Positions 45,301 to 57,300 of a stretch of DNA of 64,000 nucleotides are shown here, one piece after another. The notes under the pieces are model-generated. The model made no database searches. It was not told where the DNA came from and was given only the letters and a program-made list of their open reading frames with translations. The position numbers and the translations under genes are program-made. Each line of letters starts with the position of its first letter. Position 1 is the first letter of the stretch. Source of the stretch: an uncultured bacterium (GTDB lineage Bacteria; Verrucomicrobiota; Kiritimatiellia; RFP12; CAIWXQ01); contig CAIOST010000191.1 of the NCBI GenBank assembly GCA_903861045.1, positions 23,116-87,115 of the forward strand. Direction: 5' to 3'.

Positions 45301-48300
45301 GGCGCGGATCCGTGCCGGCCGCCTGCTCGGCCGCATTATTCAAGCCGTCGCGATCGAAGTCCTCTTCCCCATCCGGCGTGCCGTTGCCATCCGTATCCTT
45401 CTCCAACGGATTGGTGCCACACCAATACTCATAGAGGTTAATCAGACCGTCATCATCCGTGTCGCTTGAACCATCAATCACACCATAGAGCTGCTGGAAC
45501 CAGTCCGGCAGGCCATTCCCGTCGGCATCGCGCAGACCATAGACCGGCGCCCAATCTGTGGCCGTAACGGCGTCGTTCTGGCCATCGGCGCCTGCGCCCG
45601 CCGCCACGTCATCCGCCGTGCCCCAGAGGCCATCCGCTCCCGGCTTCGCATCCGTGACGATATCCACTGGCCCCGTCAGCGCATAGGCGGCCTCGTTCGG
45701 ATGCTTCATATCCTCGATCGTGAGCCCGCCGTCATCGAAGTGATAACCGGCCACCAGCGAGACGGCCCCGTCTACAAACGCATGCATGTTCTCGCTGATC
45801 AGACCGCCACTCCGGGCGAGGTTCCAGAAGCGCAGATCGTCCAGCTTGGCCTGCGTAAAGCGATTGGTGGCTCCGCCCATCACCAGGGGAGCGTCCAGCG
45901 CGAGCGTGCCGCTCTGCACGTTGCGCGATTCATTCATCTCGCGTGCACAGATCAGCATGCCGTTCTCATGGATACGGATGGCCTTGCGTCCCTCACCGTA
46001 CACGAAGGCGAGATGAACCCAGGCGTTCGTCGGCAGGGCATTGGCCAACAGCTCGTAGGCGGCCCCACCCGCCCCGCGCACCATCAGGTACGGGCGGTTC
46101 GAAGAGATGCCCGCGACGAACGACTGGGTGCCGTTGACAAGCAGATACCGCGCGATGGCGCCACTCTGGCTGGCGCTGCCCAGCTTGACCCAAGCCTCGA
46201 TCGTCCACCCCTTGGCCGCATTGAAGCCAAGGCCCTCGTCAGAAATCGTCTGGTCGGACGATCCCGAGACCGGTGTGCCCGGCGGACTCATCGTGCCATC
46301 CGGCCAGGTGATATCGGTCGTATGCCACCACGCTTGCGCGTTGTTGCCATTACCATCCGAAACCGGTATGGACTGCGGACCAAACTCCACATACTTCTCG
46401 CCGGGTTGACCTTCCTTGATCAGCACGCGGACGCGCGAATTCGGTAGGCTGCGATTGCTATAATTATCCATCCAGACGTTGTACACGCCCGTGGTGGCAA
46501 AGCCACGTGCCACCGTGATGTTCTCTGGACCAGTTCCAGGAATGTCATCGATGTCGAGGAACGAGCCGGGAATACGCAGGTTCGGCCCGGCATCCGCCGG
46601 CAAGCCGGGTCCACGGGCTGTCCACCCCATATGCCGTCCCAGGGGATCCACCAGCCAGGTGTCGAGGTCACCGGGTTGATCCCATTCCTGCGTCACACGG
46701 ATATCGGCCGGTGCGAAGGTGCCAGTGATCGTAACGCTGGCGGTACCCACCAGTCCTTCCGTATCCACCGCCACCACGGTCAGTTTGTTTACCCCCGAGC
46801 GAATAATAGCCGTGTAATCAAACGCCCGCGCCGCATCCAGCGTGAGCTCGGCCACAAAGAGGTCATTATTGTACAACCGCACATGGCTCAACGGCGTCGT
46901 GGTTGCAACCGATCCCTGCACGGCGGTGTACCGTACGGGTATCTGCGCGCCATCCTGCGGCGCGGCAATCGTCACGACCGGGCCACCGCGCGTGACCGCC
47001 GTAAAGGTAAACCGGTCCGCTCCCGGCACCGTATAGCCGTTCGGCACATTAGTCGCGCCCAGCACTAGGCTGCGCGGAATCCACGGACTCAACGAGTCCG
47101 CCGGACCGCTGACGCGATTTGTCACGCCGTATGCGGCGAGGCTGGGCGACAGCCGAGCGCCCACTTCTTCGCCATCCGCGAACCCATCATCATCCGTATC
47201 GGTCAGCGCCGGATTCGTGCCGAAGATGTCCTGCTCGTCGCCATTGCTCAGGCCGTCCCCATCGAAGTCCTCGTAATAATCACCGAGGCCGTTACCGTCC
47301 GAATCCGGCTCCAGCGGATCCGTGCGGATCAGCGACTCGGTCTCGTCAGTCAACCCGTCAAAATCGTTGTCACGGCCGTTGTGGACGAACACGGGGATCT
47401 CATTGGTCCAAGTCCCCGACACCAGCAGCATCAGGTTGCTCGTCCAGTTAACATTCGGCGGCAGGGCGTTTGGCGTTAGCGAGATGCTGATCAGCGGCAC
47501 CTGCGGCAGGAACGTTACGGTTCCGGTCAGCCCTACGACACTGACCTGTAGAGCCAGTTCCGCCCCCACTTCCGTGATCGGACGGTGCAAATCAAACACG
47601 CTAGGTTGCCCGGCCAGCAACCGCACCGGCGAAACCTGCACGCCCTGCTGCCAGGTGGTGATCGTCGGCGGGATTACCGGCAGCGTCATATAGGCCACGG
47701 GATACCCCACGGCCATCGCCGTCACCAGCACGTTGGACGTCACGCTCACACCGGTCAGCGGGAAGTAACCATCGTCGAAGCCGGCCGGGATCGTCACCAT
47801 TTCCGGCACGGTTAGCGCTGCCGGGTCGCTCGAGAGCAGGTAGACGGCCTGTGGTTGCTCTTGTGAACCGACACTACGGTTGCGATGCACCTGCATGGTG
47901 ACCGTATCACCAGCGGCCACATTGCCACCGGTGTCGACATCCAACAGCAGGGTCAATCCCAGTCCGTTGTACACCGTCACCATGACCGTCTGCCCGCCGA
48001 TGGTCAGGACGCCATCGTGCAACCCCATACCTTCGGCCAGCGCCACACCGGTAATCGTAATGGTGGCATTGGTGGCACCTGCGGCCAGCGTCACGCTCTC
48101 GGCGTTAACCGTGAAGAGCGAGGTGTCGCTGCTCAAGACCTGATAGCTCATGTTCGAAGCTGCCAGGGAGGCCGGGCGCGAGATAGTCAGCGTGACCGAA
48201 TGTCCAACCTGCACCGTCACAGGCTTCGGAGAGATCGTCAGAACATCCGGTATGCAGGGATTGGAGCCTGCCAAGTACTCCTGGATATTGCTGATGCCAT

Positions 48301-51300
48301 CGCCATCGGGATCGCCATCCGCGCCCGCGATGCCCGAAGCGTCGTTGGGATTCAGGCCGCACCCGGTGTAGAGGTTCTCCCACCAATCCGGCATGCCATC
48401 GCCATCCGTGTCCACATCCACCACGAACGGCGCTTCGCCGGCCGCGAAGTTAGTGAAGGTTGCGCCCCCCACCAGGGTAGCCGCATGCCGCCAATTCTGC
48501 CGCCAATCGTGCCGGTAGTTGGTGGCAAAATCCTCGATCTGGCCGGTGAACCAACCCGCCTGCATGCTGGTACCTACCGTGCCGGCCTGACAGGAAGTGC
48601 CGTCGTCGAAGCGGTAATAAGCGACGAGACCCGACTCGGCGCCGGTCAACACGCGGGCTCGCAAGGCCGCAATCTCCTCGGCCGTACGCACCACGTTCCA
48701 GATACGCACTTCTTCCAGCACGCCGGCAAACCGTTGCCCGATGCGCTGTACCACCGGTCCCATACCGCTGGTACGGGGATTGTGAGAGCAGATCTTGTTG
48801 GTGACCTCGACGCCATTGGTATAGAGGCGCAAATACTGCCCCTGCACCATGTAGGTAGCGGCCACATGCGTCCAGTTCGTGCCGGCCGGGATTGCCAAGG
48901 GAGCGATCAGGGTGTTGGAGCCAAAGCCCACCACCGGACGGCGGTTGCCATCCAGACCGAGGAAGTAGTTGGTCACCCCCGGCTCAAGCTCGCGGTACAG
49001 GAGTGTGCAAGCGTCGTTAAGGCCAGCCACCGGACGGACCCAGGCTTCCAACGTGAAGTTGGTGACGCCAAAGCGCCGCTCGCCCAGCGTCGGCATCGCC
49101 ACATAATTCGTCGCCGAGCCGGATAGGACCAACCCGCGCGAGACCTGCGGGCTTAACGAGGAGCCCGGGTTGTAACCGGCTACCTTCTCTTCCAGATCGC
49201 TCTTGCCATCGTCATCGGTATCGCGCAGGCGCGGATCCGAACCGTGCGACTGCTCGTCGAGATTCTTCAGCCCGTCGCCGTCAAAGTCCTCGTCCCCGTC
49301 CAACACGCCGTTGTTGTCCGTATCACGGGCCTTGGGATTCGTGTCGCAGTAGTACTCGTAGAGGTTGCAGAGGCCATCACCGTCCTCGTCGCCATCCGGC
49401 TCAGCCACCAGCGAACCAAAGAACAACTGTTCCCACCAATCGGGCAGACCGTCGGTATCGCTGTCCACATCGCCGAACACCGGCGCGAAGCTGTTGGTGG
49501 TAAACGTCACACCGTGCAGCGCGTCCTGCCAATCCAGCGGATGCATGGCGTCTTCAGCCGTCAATCCGCCATCATCGAACGAGAACCGAGCCACCAAGCC
49601 CAAGTTGTTCGCCGTCAACGGCACGGACGACAAAGCCGCCACCGCATCGAAGTCGGCCCCTGGAGCGCCGTCATCCATGGCATAGCTATTTTGTCCGTTA
49701 TCGGTTAACCGCACAAACCGATAGATTTGACCTTTCGCCACGCTGGCGTCGATGTCGACGGCGGACAGCGCGCCACCGATGTTGCCGATCGTGACCCACT
49801 TCTCGCCGTCCTGGCTGATTTCCAGCGTCACGCCTTCGACCTCGCCATTACACCCCCACACGTACAGGTCGGGAGCGACGGTGCCATCGCCGATCAAAGC
49901 GTTGTCCGTGAACTGCAAGGTTACCGTACCACGCTGGCCGAGCGCCAACCCGTGTTGGGCGCCCGTGAGGTAGTTAATATAATCTGGCGCCCCCAAGACA
50001 GCGGCGGTATTGGTCCACTGGTTGTTCGGCCCCCCGTCACGGTAAGCTACCACCGCATCCGCAAATGCTCGATCACCCATTTGGACGTATACCCCGCTGT
50101 ACGTCGCCGGTGTGAACGTCCCCACGAATTCATTCGATTCGGCAACAGAGGCCGAGTACGCGGCGATTTGATCGGCGTAGGTCGCGATCTGGTCGAACGA
50201 ACGCACCACATTCCAGCAGCGCAATTCATCCAGATGACCTTGGACCCCCTCGCCCACCAGCAATGTCCCATCGCCCATCGCCGGCGGTAGCAGCGACTGC
50301 TGGGCCTGATAAGACTCGCCATTGATGTAGAACGACAGACTACGCGCTTCGGCACTCCACGTGCCTGCGAGGTGGATCCAGGTATTGGACGGTAGCGACC
50401 GCGTGCCACCAGCCTGCACCAGCAATCCGGTCGCGGTCTCAAATTGTACCGCAGGGATGTTGTGCGTTACGCGTAGACCCAACGTCAGGCGGCCGGCCGC
50501 ATTCACGTGGGCCACCAGATTACCCGTCTCGTTGGTCGAGGCCAGATTGATCCAGCATTCCACCGTCCAATTCGTCAGATTGAAGCGATCCGCGCTGCCC
50601 ACGCTCACGCCGGCCACAGGATCTCGTACACCGGTGCCCGTCAGCACCAGACTGCGGGATACCGCCGGGCTCGCCGCACAAACCGGGCTGGTGATACGGC
50701 GCCCGTCCGCCTTATAGATCGATGGATTGACTTCGTCGCCATCCGACACGCCATCGTCATCGGTATCAGCGTTCAACGGGTTCGAACCCAAGGCGAACTC
50801 AGCGGCATTGGAGAGGCCGTCGCCATCGGAATCTTCCTCGCCATCCACGAGGCCGTCATGGTCAGAGTCCGGCATGCGTGGATCGGTGCCGCACAGGTAC
50901 TCCTGCAAGTTGGAGAGGCCATCGCCGTCCAAGTCATACGAGGCGGCATACTCCGGATGATTAACCGTTTCGATACGGTCGGGATCGAGGTTGAAGCGTT
51001 GCTCGAACCAGTCCGCCATGCCATCGCCGTCGGAATCCAGCCGGAAGGGCGTCTCGTTGGCCCATGCCGCCACATTCGCCACATAGTTCGTCAGGTACTG
51101 GCGATCCATGTAGGTGAAGTGAATCGCGGTGGTGGCGGAGAAAGTGCCGGCATAGTTGCCATCCCGCAGATGGACAAAGTCCTCCACCTGGCCACTCCGG
51201 TTGGCCGGATCCATGCCGTCACACATCGGCCAGTAAGCTGCCAGACGGGAAGAAAGCACTTGGATCGGGGAATACGCGATCGGCGCATTGACCAGTGAGC

Positions 51301-54300
51301 CGTACCGAACGCTGGCACCTTCGACAAGGGTGCCATAGATCACTCTGGCCGCTGTATCCTCCACAAACTTCGCCCCGCGCAGGGAGACGTTGTCGAAGTC
51401 GAAATACGAGATCAGACCAGGCACGGACGGTAGAATCTTCGTCAGGCGCTGCGCTTCGATCTCGCTTCCGGTCAACCCCCGATCGAAGATGCGGATTTCA
51501 TCCACATCGCCCACGAACTTCTTACCGACGGTTAGCAGGCCGGCATTCGTCGCGGCATAGTAGGGTTGGTCGGTTTCATTCCAGCCGTAATAGCCATTAC
51601 CGCCCCAAGACGGCCAATACCCATACCAATAGGAGTAGCCATAGTAATCCCAGCCATTGTTCAAGCCATAATTATTGTTATTATTGGCTAGATACTTACG
51701 CGGCACGGCCGGGTCACCCGCAGCCATATGCCACGTGACATCGCCGATGGCCGGCAGGTTGTTCTTCGGATCAATGGTGATCGCATCCTGGGCGATACCG
51801 TCCACGGACATCGCAGCATCTTTGCCGTCGAACGTAAACGCCATGAAATGCCATTCGCCATCGGCCACGGTGATATCGCCTTGCAGGGTGGCGGTAGCCC
51901 AGCGATAGACCGCCTCATCCCACCCCCAATAATAACCCCAACCCGCATCCACACGGGCCTGGAAGGCGAAGGTAGCTTGCGCAAACCCATCGGCATCCAC
52001 GCTCAAGCGGTAGTTGGAAATCGGCTGGCCATCATCACCGCTACCCGAGTCGCGATCGATGATCGTACCCGCCTGCGTGGTCTTGAACCAAGCTGACACG
52101 GTCCACTGATTCAGCGCTACATCCCGCTGGTCGCCGCGCGTCATCCATCCGCTACCATCGAGCGCGAGTACGCCCAGCGCCGCGACATCCTCCCCGAAGA
52201 GCAGCGTGCGGTCGCGCAGGCGTGCGATCTCGCCGTACGGACGGGCTACATTCCAGATGCGCACTTCCTGCAGGTCACCGCACAGGTTAGTGGCCATGAC
52301 CAGCGGCCGATATTGGCGGCCGAGCGCCGGCGTGGCCTCCGTGATCACCCGGCTGAGGGCATTCCCCTGAAAGGAAAGGTCTAGCTTGGTCTCAGCCTCG
52401 CCCGCCTCTTTCCCCAGCCGCGCCGTCAGCGTTGTCCAAACATTGGTCGCAAGGACGCGATCCGCGCCCGCCTCGACCTTGTACTCAACGCCGCGATCCG
52501 ACTCGAAGCGGGTATACGGCAGATTGTTCGTACCAATGCCCAGTTCGAAGGTGACATAGTCAGCCCCCCCAACGCGAGCCCGGCGCTGGACAAGAATGGC
52601 ATTCTTCCCGGTGGCGGACGGCAGTTGGTTCAACCGCACCGTGGCCTCGACCGTCCAAGTGGCGAGGTTAAAGCGCTCCCCGACCTCATCGGTGCCGGGC
52701 ACGCTTGCCGGCACCGTGATCGTGCCGTTGCCATTTTCGTTGCGTATATAGCGCATCACATACGGCGAGAGCGAATTCAGCGGATCTGTCCCCATGGCGA
52801 CTTCTTCGCTATCCGTCAAGCCGTCATCATCGGTGTCGCGCCGGCCGGGATTGGTGCCCCGGGTCTGCTCATCGATATTGGACAACCCGTCACCGTCGCT
52901 ATCCTTGAGCGCATCCGACACCCCGGTCGCGCCCGTATTCACAGCATGCGGATCCGTGCCCGCCAGATACTCGTACAGGTTGCTCAGACCATCGCCATCG
53001 GGGTCGCCAGCGGGGCCGTTTTCGCCCTTGGTGTCATACGGATTCAACCCATGCGACGCCTCCCAGCCATTGGGCATGCCGTCCTGATCATAATCCAAAA
53101 GGGTTGGATTTATCGGTGCCCCGAGCGGCGCATCTACGCTGCGCGCATTCCCCAGCAGCGTGCCGGCATTGGCCCAACCGCTGTTCTGATCGGAGGGTTT
53201 CGTGAAATCCTCAACCTGTCCGTGGGACCAAGTCGGGCACAGACTGGTGCCCGTTGCGCCGCCTTGATAGGCCGTACCATCGTCGAACCGCAGGTACGCA
53301 ATCATCGTGCTCGGCGGTTCCAATTGGATCTGACGCAAGGCCCCGAGGCTGCGTGCACCCGGATATAGCGACCAGATGCGCACCTCATCCATGTAGCCTG
53401 CGAACCCGGCACCCACCGTCGTGACTGGGAAGCCCAGACCGTTCAGCGCCGGACGCTTGGTGGTGACCATGTCCGCTACAATTTCGCCATCCACTTCCAG
53501 CCAGAGACGGCCCGTGTCGGCATCAAAGGCCGCCAACACATGCCGCCACTCGTTCAAGTAAAGTGGGTTCGTATAGGTCAGGGACACGCTGGCGGACTTG
53601 TCGTAGGACGTGAACTGGGCTTGTACCTGTCCGCTCGCACTAAGCCCCAGACTGTAGTTATAGGCATTGCTGGCGGCCAGCGAAGAGATCAGCTTCGCGC
53701 CCGAAGTCCAACCGGTGGGACAAATCCACGCCTCGACCGTCCACGAGGGCAACTCAAAGCGCGCCTGACTGGGCAACTGTACGCCCCCCGTCGCAGCCCC
53801 ATCCAAATGTAACACGCGGTCCACCAGCGGACTGGTGGAGAGCCCCGGATTCCAATGATTGAGGACCTCGGTCTGGTCATCAATCCCATCATCATCGGAG
53901 TCGGCCAGCCTGGGATCGGAGCCAAAAACCTGCTCCGTGGCGTTATCGAGTCCGTCCCCATCGTAATCTTCGCGATTGTCCGGGATACCGTCGCTATTTG
54001 AGTCGCGACTGCGCGGATCGGTACCAGAGAGATACTCATAGTAGTTAGACAGGCCGTCCCCGTCGAGATCGCCACTGCTCGTGATTTCCGGATGATCCAG
54101 CGACTGGGAAGAATTCGGGTCCAGATTATAAAGAGCCTCGAACCAGTCCGGCATGCCATCGCGATCCGAATCAACCCCCAGCAGGGAGTCGTCGTCCGTG
54201 ACATCTACGAAGTGGATGGCATTGGTATGAGAGAAGGTACCGGCGTAGGAAAAATCCATGCGGTGGATGAAATCCTCGACCTGCCCCCTGGTCCGACCGG

Positions 54301-57300
54301 CGTATGCGCCATCGTCCATTGGCCAATAGCCGGCCAGTTTATAACCCACCACCTCGATCGGCGAGTACTGCACCGGCGCATTGACATTAGCGCCATTTCC
54401 GACCGCAACCGCATCAATCAGATAAGTAAAGGCCCCCGTGCCCGTCTTATCCATAATGGAATCGGGCTTCGCCACGCCCACATCATCGAAGTCAAAATAG
54501 GCGGCCAGATGCGGGTCGGTGGGCGAGGCCTTGCGGTACTGGGTGGCGGCCACCGCATCCACACTCATCCCTTGATCGAAGACGCGGATCTCATCCAAAA
54601 TCCCGACAAACTTGTTACCGATGGTAAACAACCCATCCTGCGTGGCCAACGAGAAGGTGTCGGCCGTATCCGGATTCAGGTTATACCCGAAATCATACCA
54701 ATACCAATAGTAGTAGTACGGATTGTAGTTGCCGAACTTGGTATAGCCTCCAGGGCGGTCCCCTTCATTCGGCGCCATGTGCCAGGTTACGGCTGCCATG
54801 TTCGGCAGATCGTTTTCCGTATCCATCGTGATCACATCCTGAACCATGCCATCGACATACAAGGCGGCATCCTTGCCATCGAAGGAGAAGGAAACGAAGT
54901 GCCAGTTGCCATCGCCCAGCGTGGTGCTAGAGGTCAGCTTGACGGTCGCCCAGCGCGCCATATTGTTGTTGCCATACCAGTAGTACCACCCCCTGTTAGG
55001 CTGGACGTAAGCCTTGAAGTCGAAGGAGGCCTCGACATTGCCCTCCGGCGTGATGTCCACCTTATAGTTGTAGATGGGTTTCGCATCGTCGGCCAAGCCG
55101 GCTTCGCGCTGTACGATCGTACCGCCCCGCGTGGTCTTGAACCAGCTCTGGATCGTCCAGCGTGACAGCCGGACCTTATCCTGCGTGTTGCGCTGCAGGA
55201 AGCCATTCGTCAGGGAAAGCACGCCCAAGGTCGCCACATCCTCACCGAAGAGCAGCGTGCGGTTGCGCAGTTTGGTAATCTCGGCATCGGTACGGCCCAC
55301 CGTCCAGATGCGAACTTCATCCACGTCGCCCCGCAGGTTGGTGCCGATCGCGAGCGGAACGTTCTGCTTGCCGAGCACGGGGTGCACATCCGCCGGCAAC
55401 TGCGTGGCCGTCCAGACCGTCTGATAGAAGAGGTCCAACTGACGGTGCTGATCCTGGCCACCGCTCGCCAAACGCGCGCTCAGCGAGACCCATTCACCCG
55501 TGACCATCGGCCGCCACGAGCTAACCTTGTATTCCCGACCCAGATCACTCTGGAACCGGGCGTAGGGCAGGTTGTTCGTGTCAATCCCGAGTTCAAAGGT
55601 CACATACCCGGACAAACCGGCTTTGCGCTGGATCAGAATGACGTTCGTCTTGGACTCGGAAGGGAGTTGACGCAACCGTACACCGGCCTCGATGGTCCAG
55701 GTCTCCAAGTTGAACCGTTCGCCCGTTTCATCCTTGCCAGGAATGATGCCGTCAACCGTCAACACGCCGCTGCCGGTCTCATTCTGCACGTAGCGCATCA
55801 CATAGGGGCTGATCGAACTACGCGGATCGGTGCCCATATTGAGCTCGTCGCCATCCGAAAGTCCATCATCATCGGTATCTACCATATCTGGACGGGTCTG
55901 ATGCCGCTGCTCTTCGGCGTTCGAGAGACCGTCGCCATCCGCATCTTCCAGTCCGTCCACCGTGCCATTGCCATCGCTGTCCACGATGCGCGGATCCGTT
56001 CCGGCCCAGTACTCGTACAAGTTGCTCAAGCCATCACCGTCCGGATCCCCGTTGGCCCCATCGGCACCACCGCTGCTGCGAGAATTGAGGCCGTAAAAGA
56101 CCTCCCACCCATTCGGCAACCCGTCCCCATCGCTATCACCCAGAGAATCACGGACCGGGCCGGAAGCTGGATTTAGCACCATCGCCGCGCCCCCGCGTAG
56201 CGTGCCGGCATGGCGCCAGCCGGTCTTCCAATCCTGCGGACACATAAAGTCTTCTACCTGTCCCGTATTCCACCCGACCTTGCGGCTGGTATTCGTACTG
56301 GTGCCATCATCGAAGCGCAGGTAGGCGACTAAGCCCGTACTCATCCCCGTGATGGGTGTTGCCAGCTTGGCCAAGCTGGGGGCCGGCCGGCAGACATTCC
56401 AGATCTTCACCTCATCCAGATAGCCGGCAAAGCTCTCACCTACCACCGTGCTGATAGGTCCAACTCCGTTCTGGGCGTCCGTTTTCGAGACGTATAGCTC
56501 CTGCTCCACCACCCCGTTCACAGTAATGTTGAGATAGCCACTCCCCGAATTGAACGACGCGGCCACATGCGTCCAGACGCCCGTGCTCAACGCGTTGGAA
56601 TAGCAAATACCCACATCGGCTACGTGATTGCCCGCCGTGAACTTGGTCACGAGTCGTCCAGCGGTATCCATGCCGAGGAAATAGTTCCAGACACCGGGTT
56701 CGACGCTGCGACCGATGATGGTCGCGGTGGTGGCGGGCAGGCTGGTCGGGCATATCCAAGCCTCGATGGTCCAGTTCGTCGCAGCGAACCGCAACTGCGG
56801 CGGCAACTCGACATAACTGGTGCTGGCTCCATCCACGACGAGGACGCGATCCAGCAGTGGCGCTAGCGCGCTAGCCGGGCTGGTGTAGAGTTCGTCACCG
56901 TCCAGCACGCCGTCATCATCCGTATCCGGTAAGCGCGGGTCTGAACCTTCGACCTGCTCATCGCCGTTACTCAGCCCATCGCCATCAAAGTCCTCTACGG
57001 CATCCAGCACGCCATCATTATCCGTGTCCCCAGCCATGGGATTCGTGTCGCTATAGAATTCGTACAGGTTGTTGAGGCCGTCGTGGTCCGAGTCGCCCGT
57101 CGGAGTAGCGCCATCCGCAAAGTATAATTTCTCCCACCAATCGGGCAGGCCGTCGTGGTCCAGATCCAATTCCCCGGCGAAGTCCGCAAAGGTACTGGAA
57201 GTGACGTTCGTGGTGCTGATCGCATACTGCCATTCCAGCCGGTGCGTGAAGTCCTCAGCCGAGGTGCCGCCGTCGTCAAACGTATACCAAGCTAGCGGAC

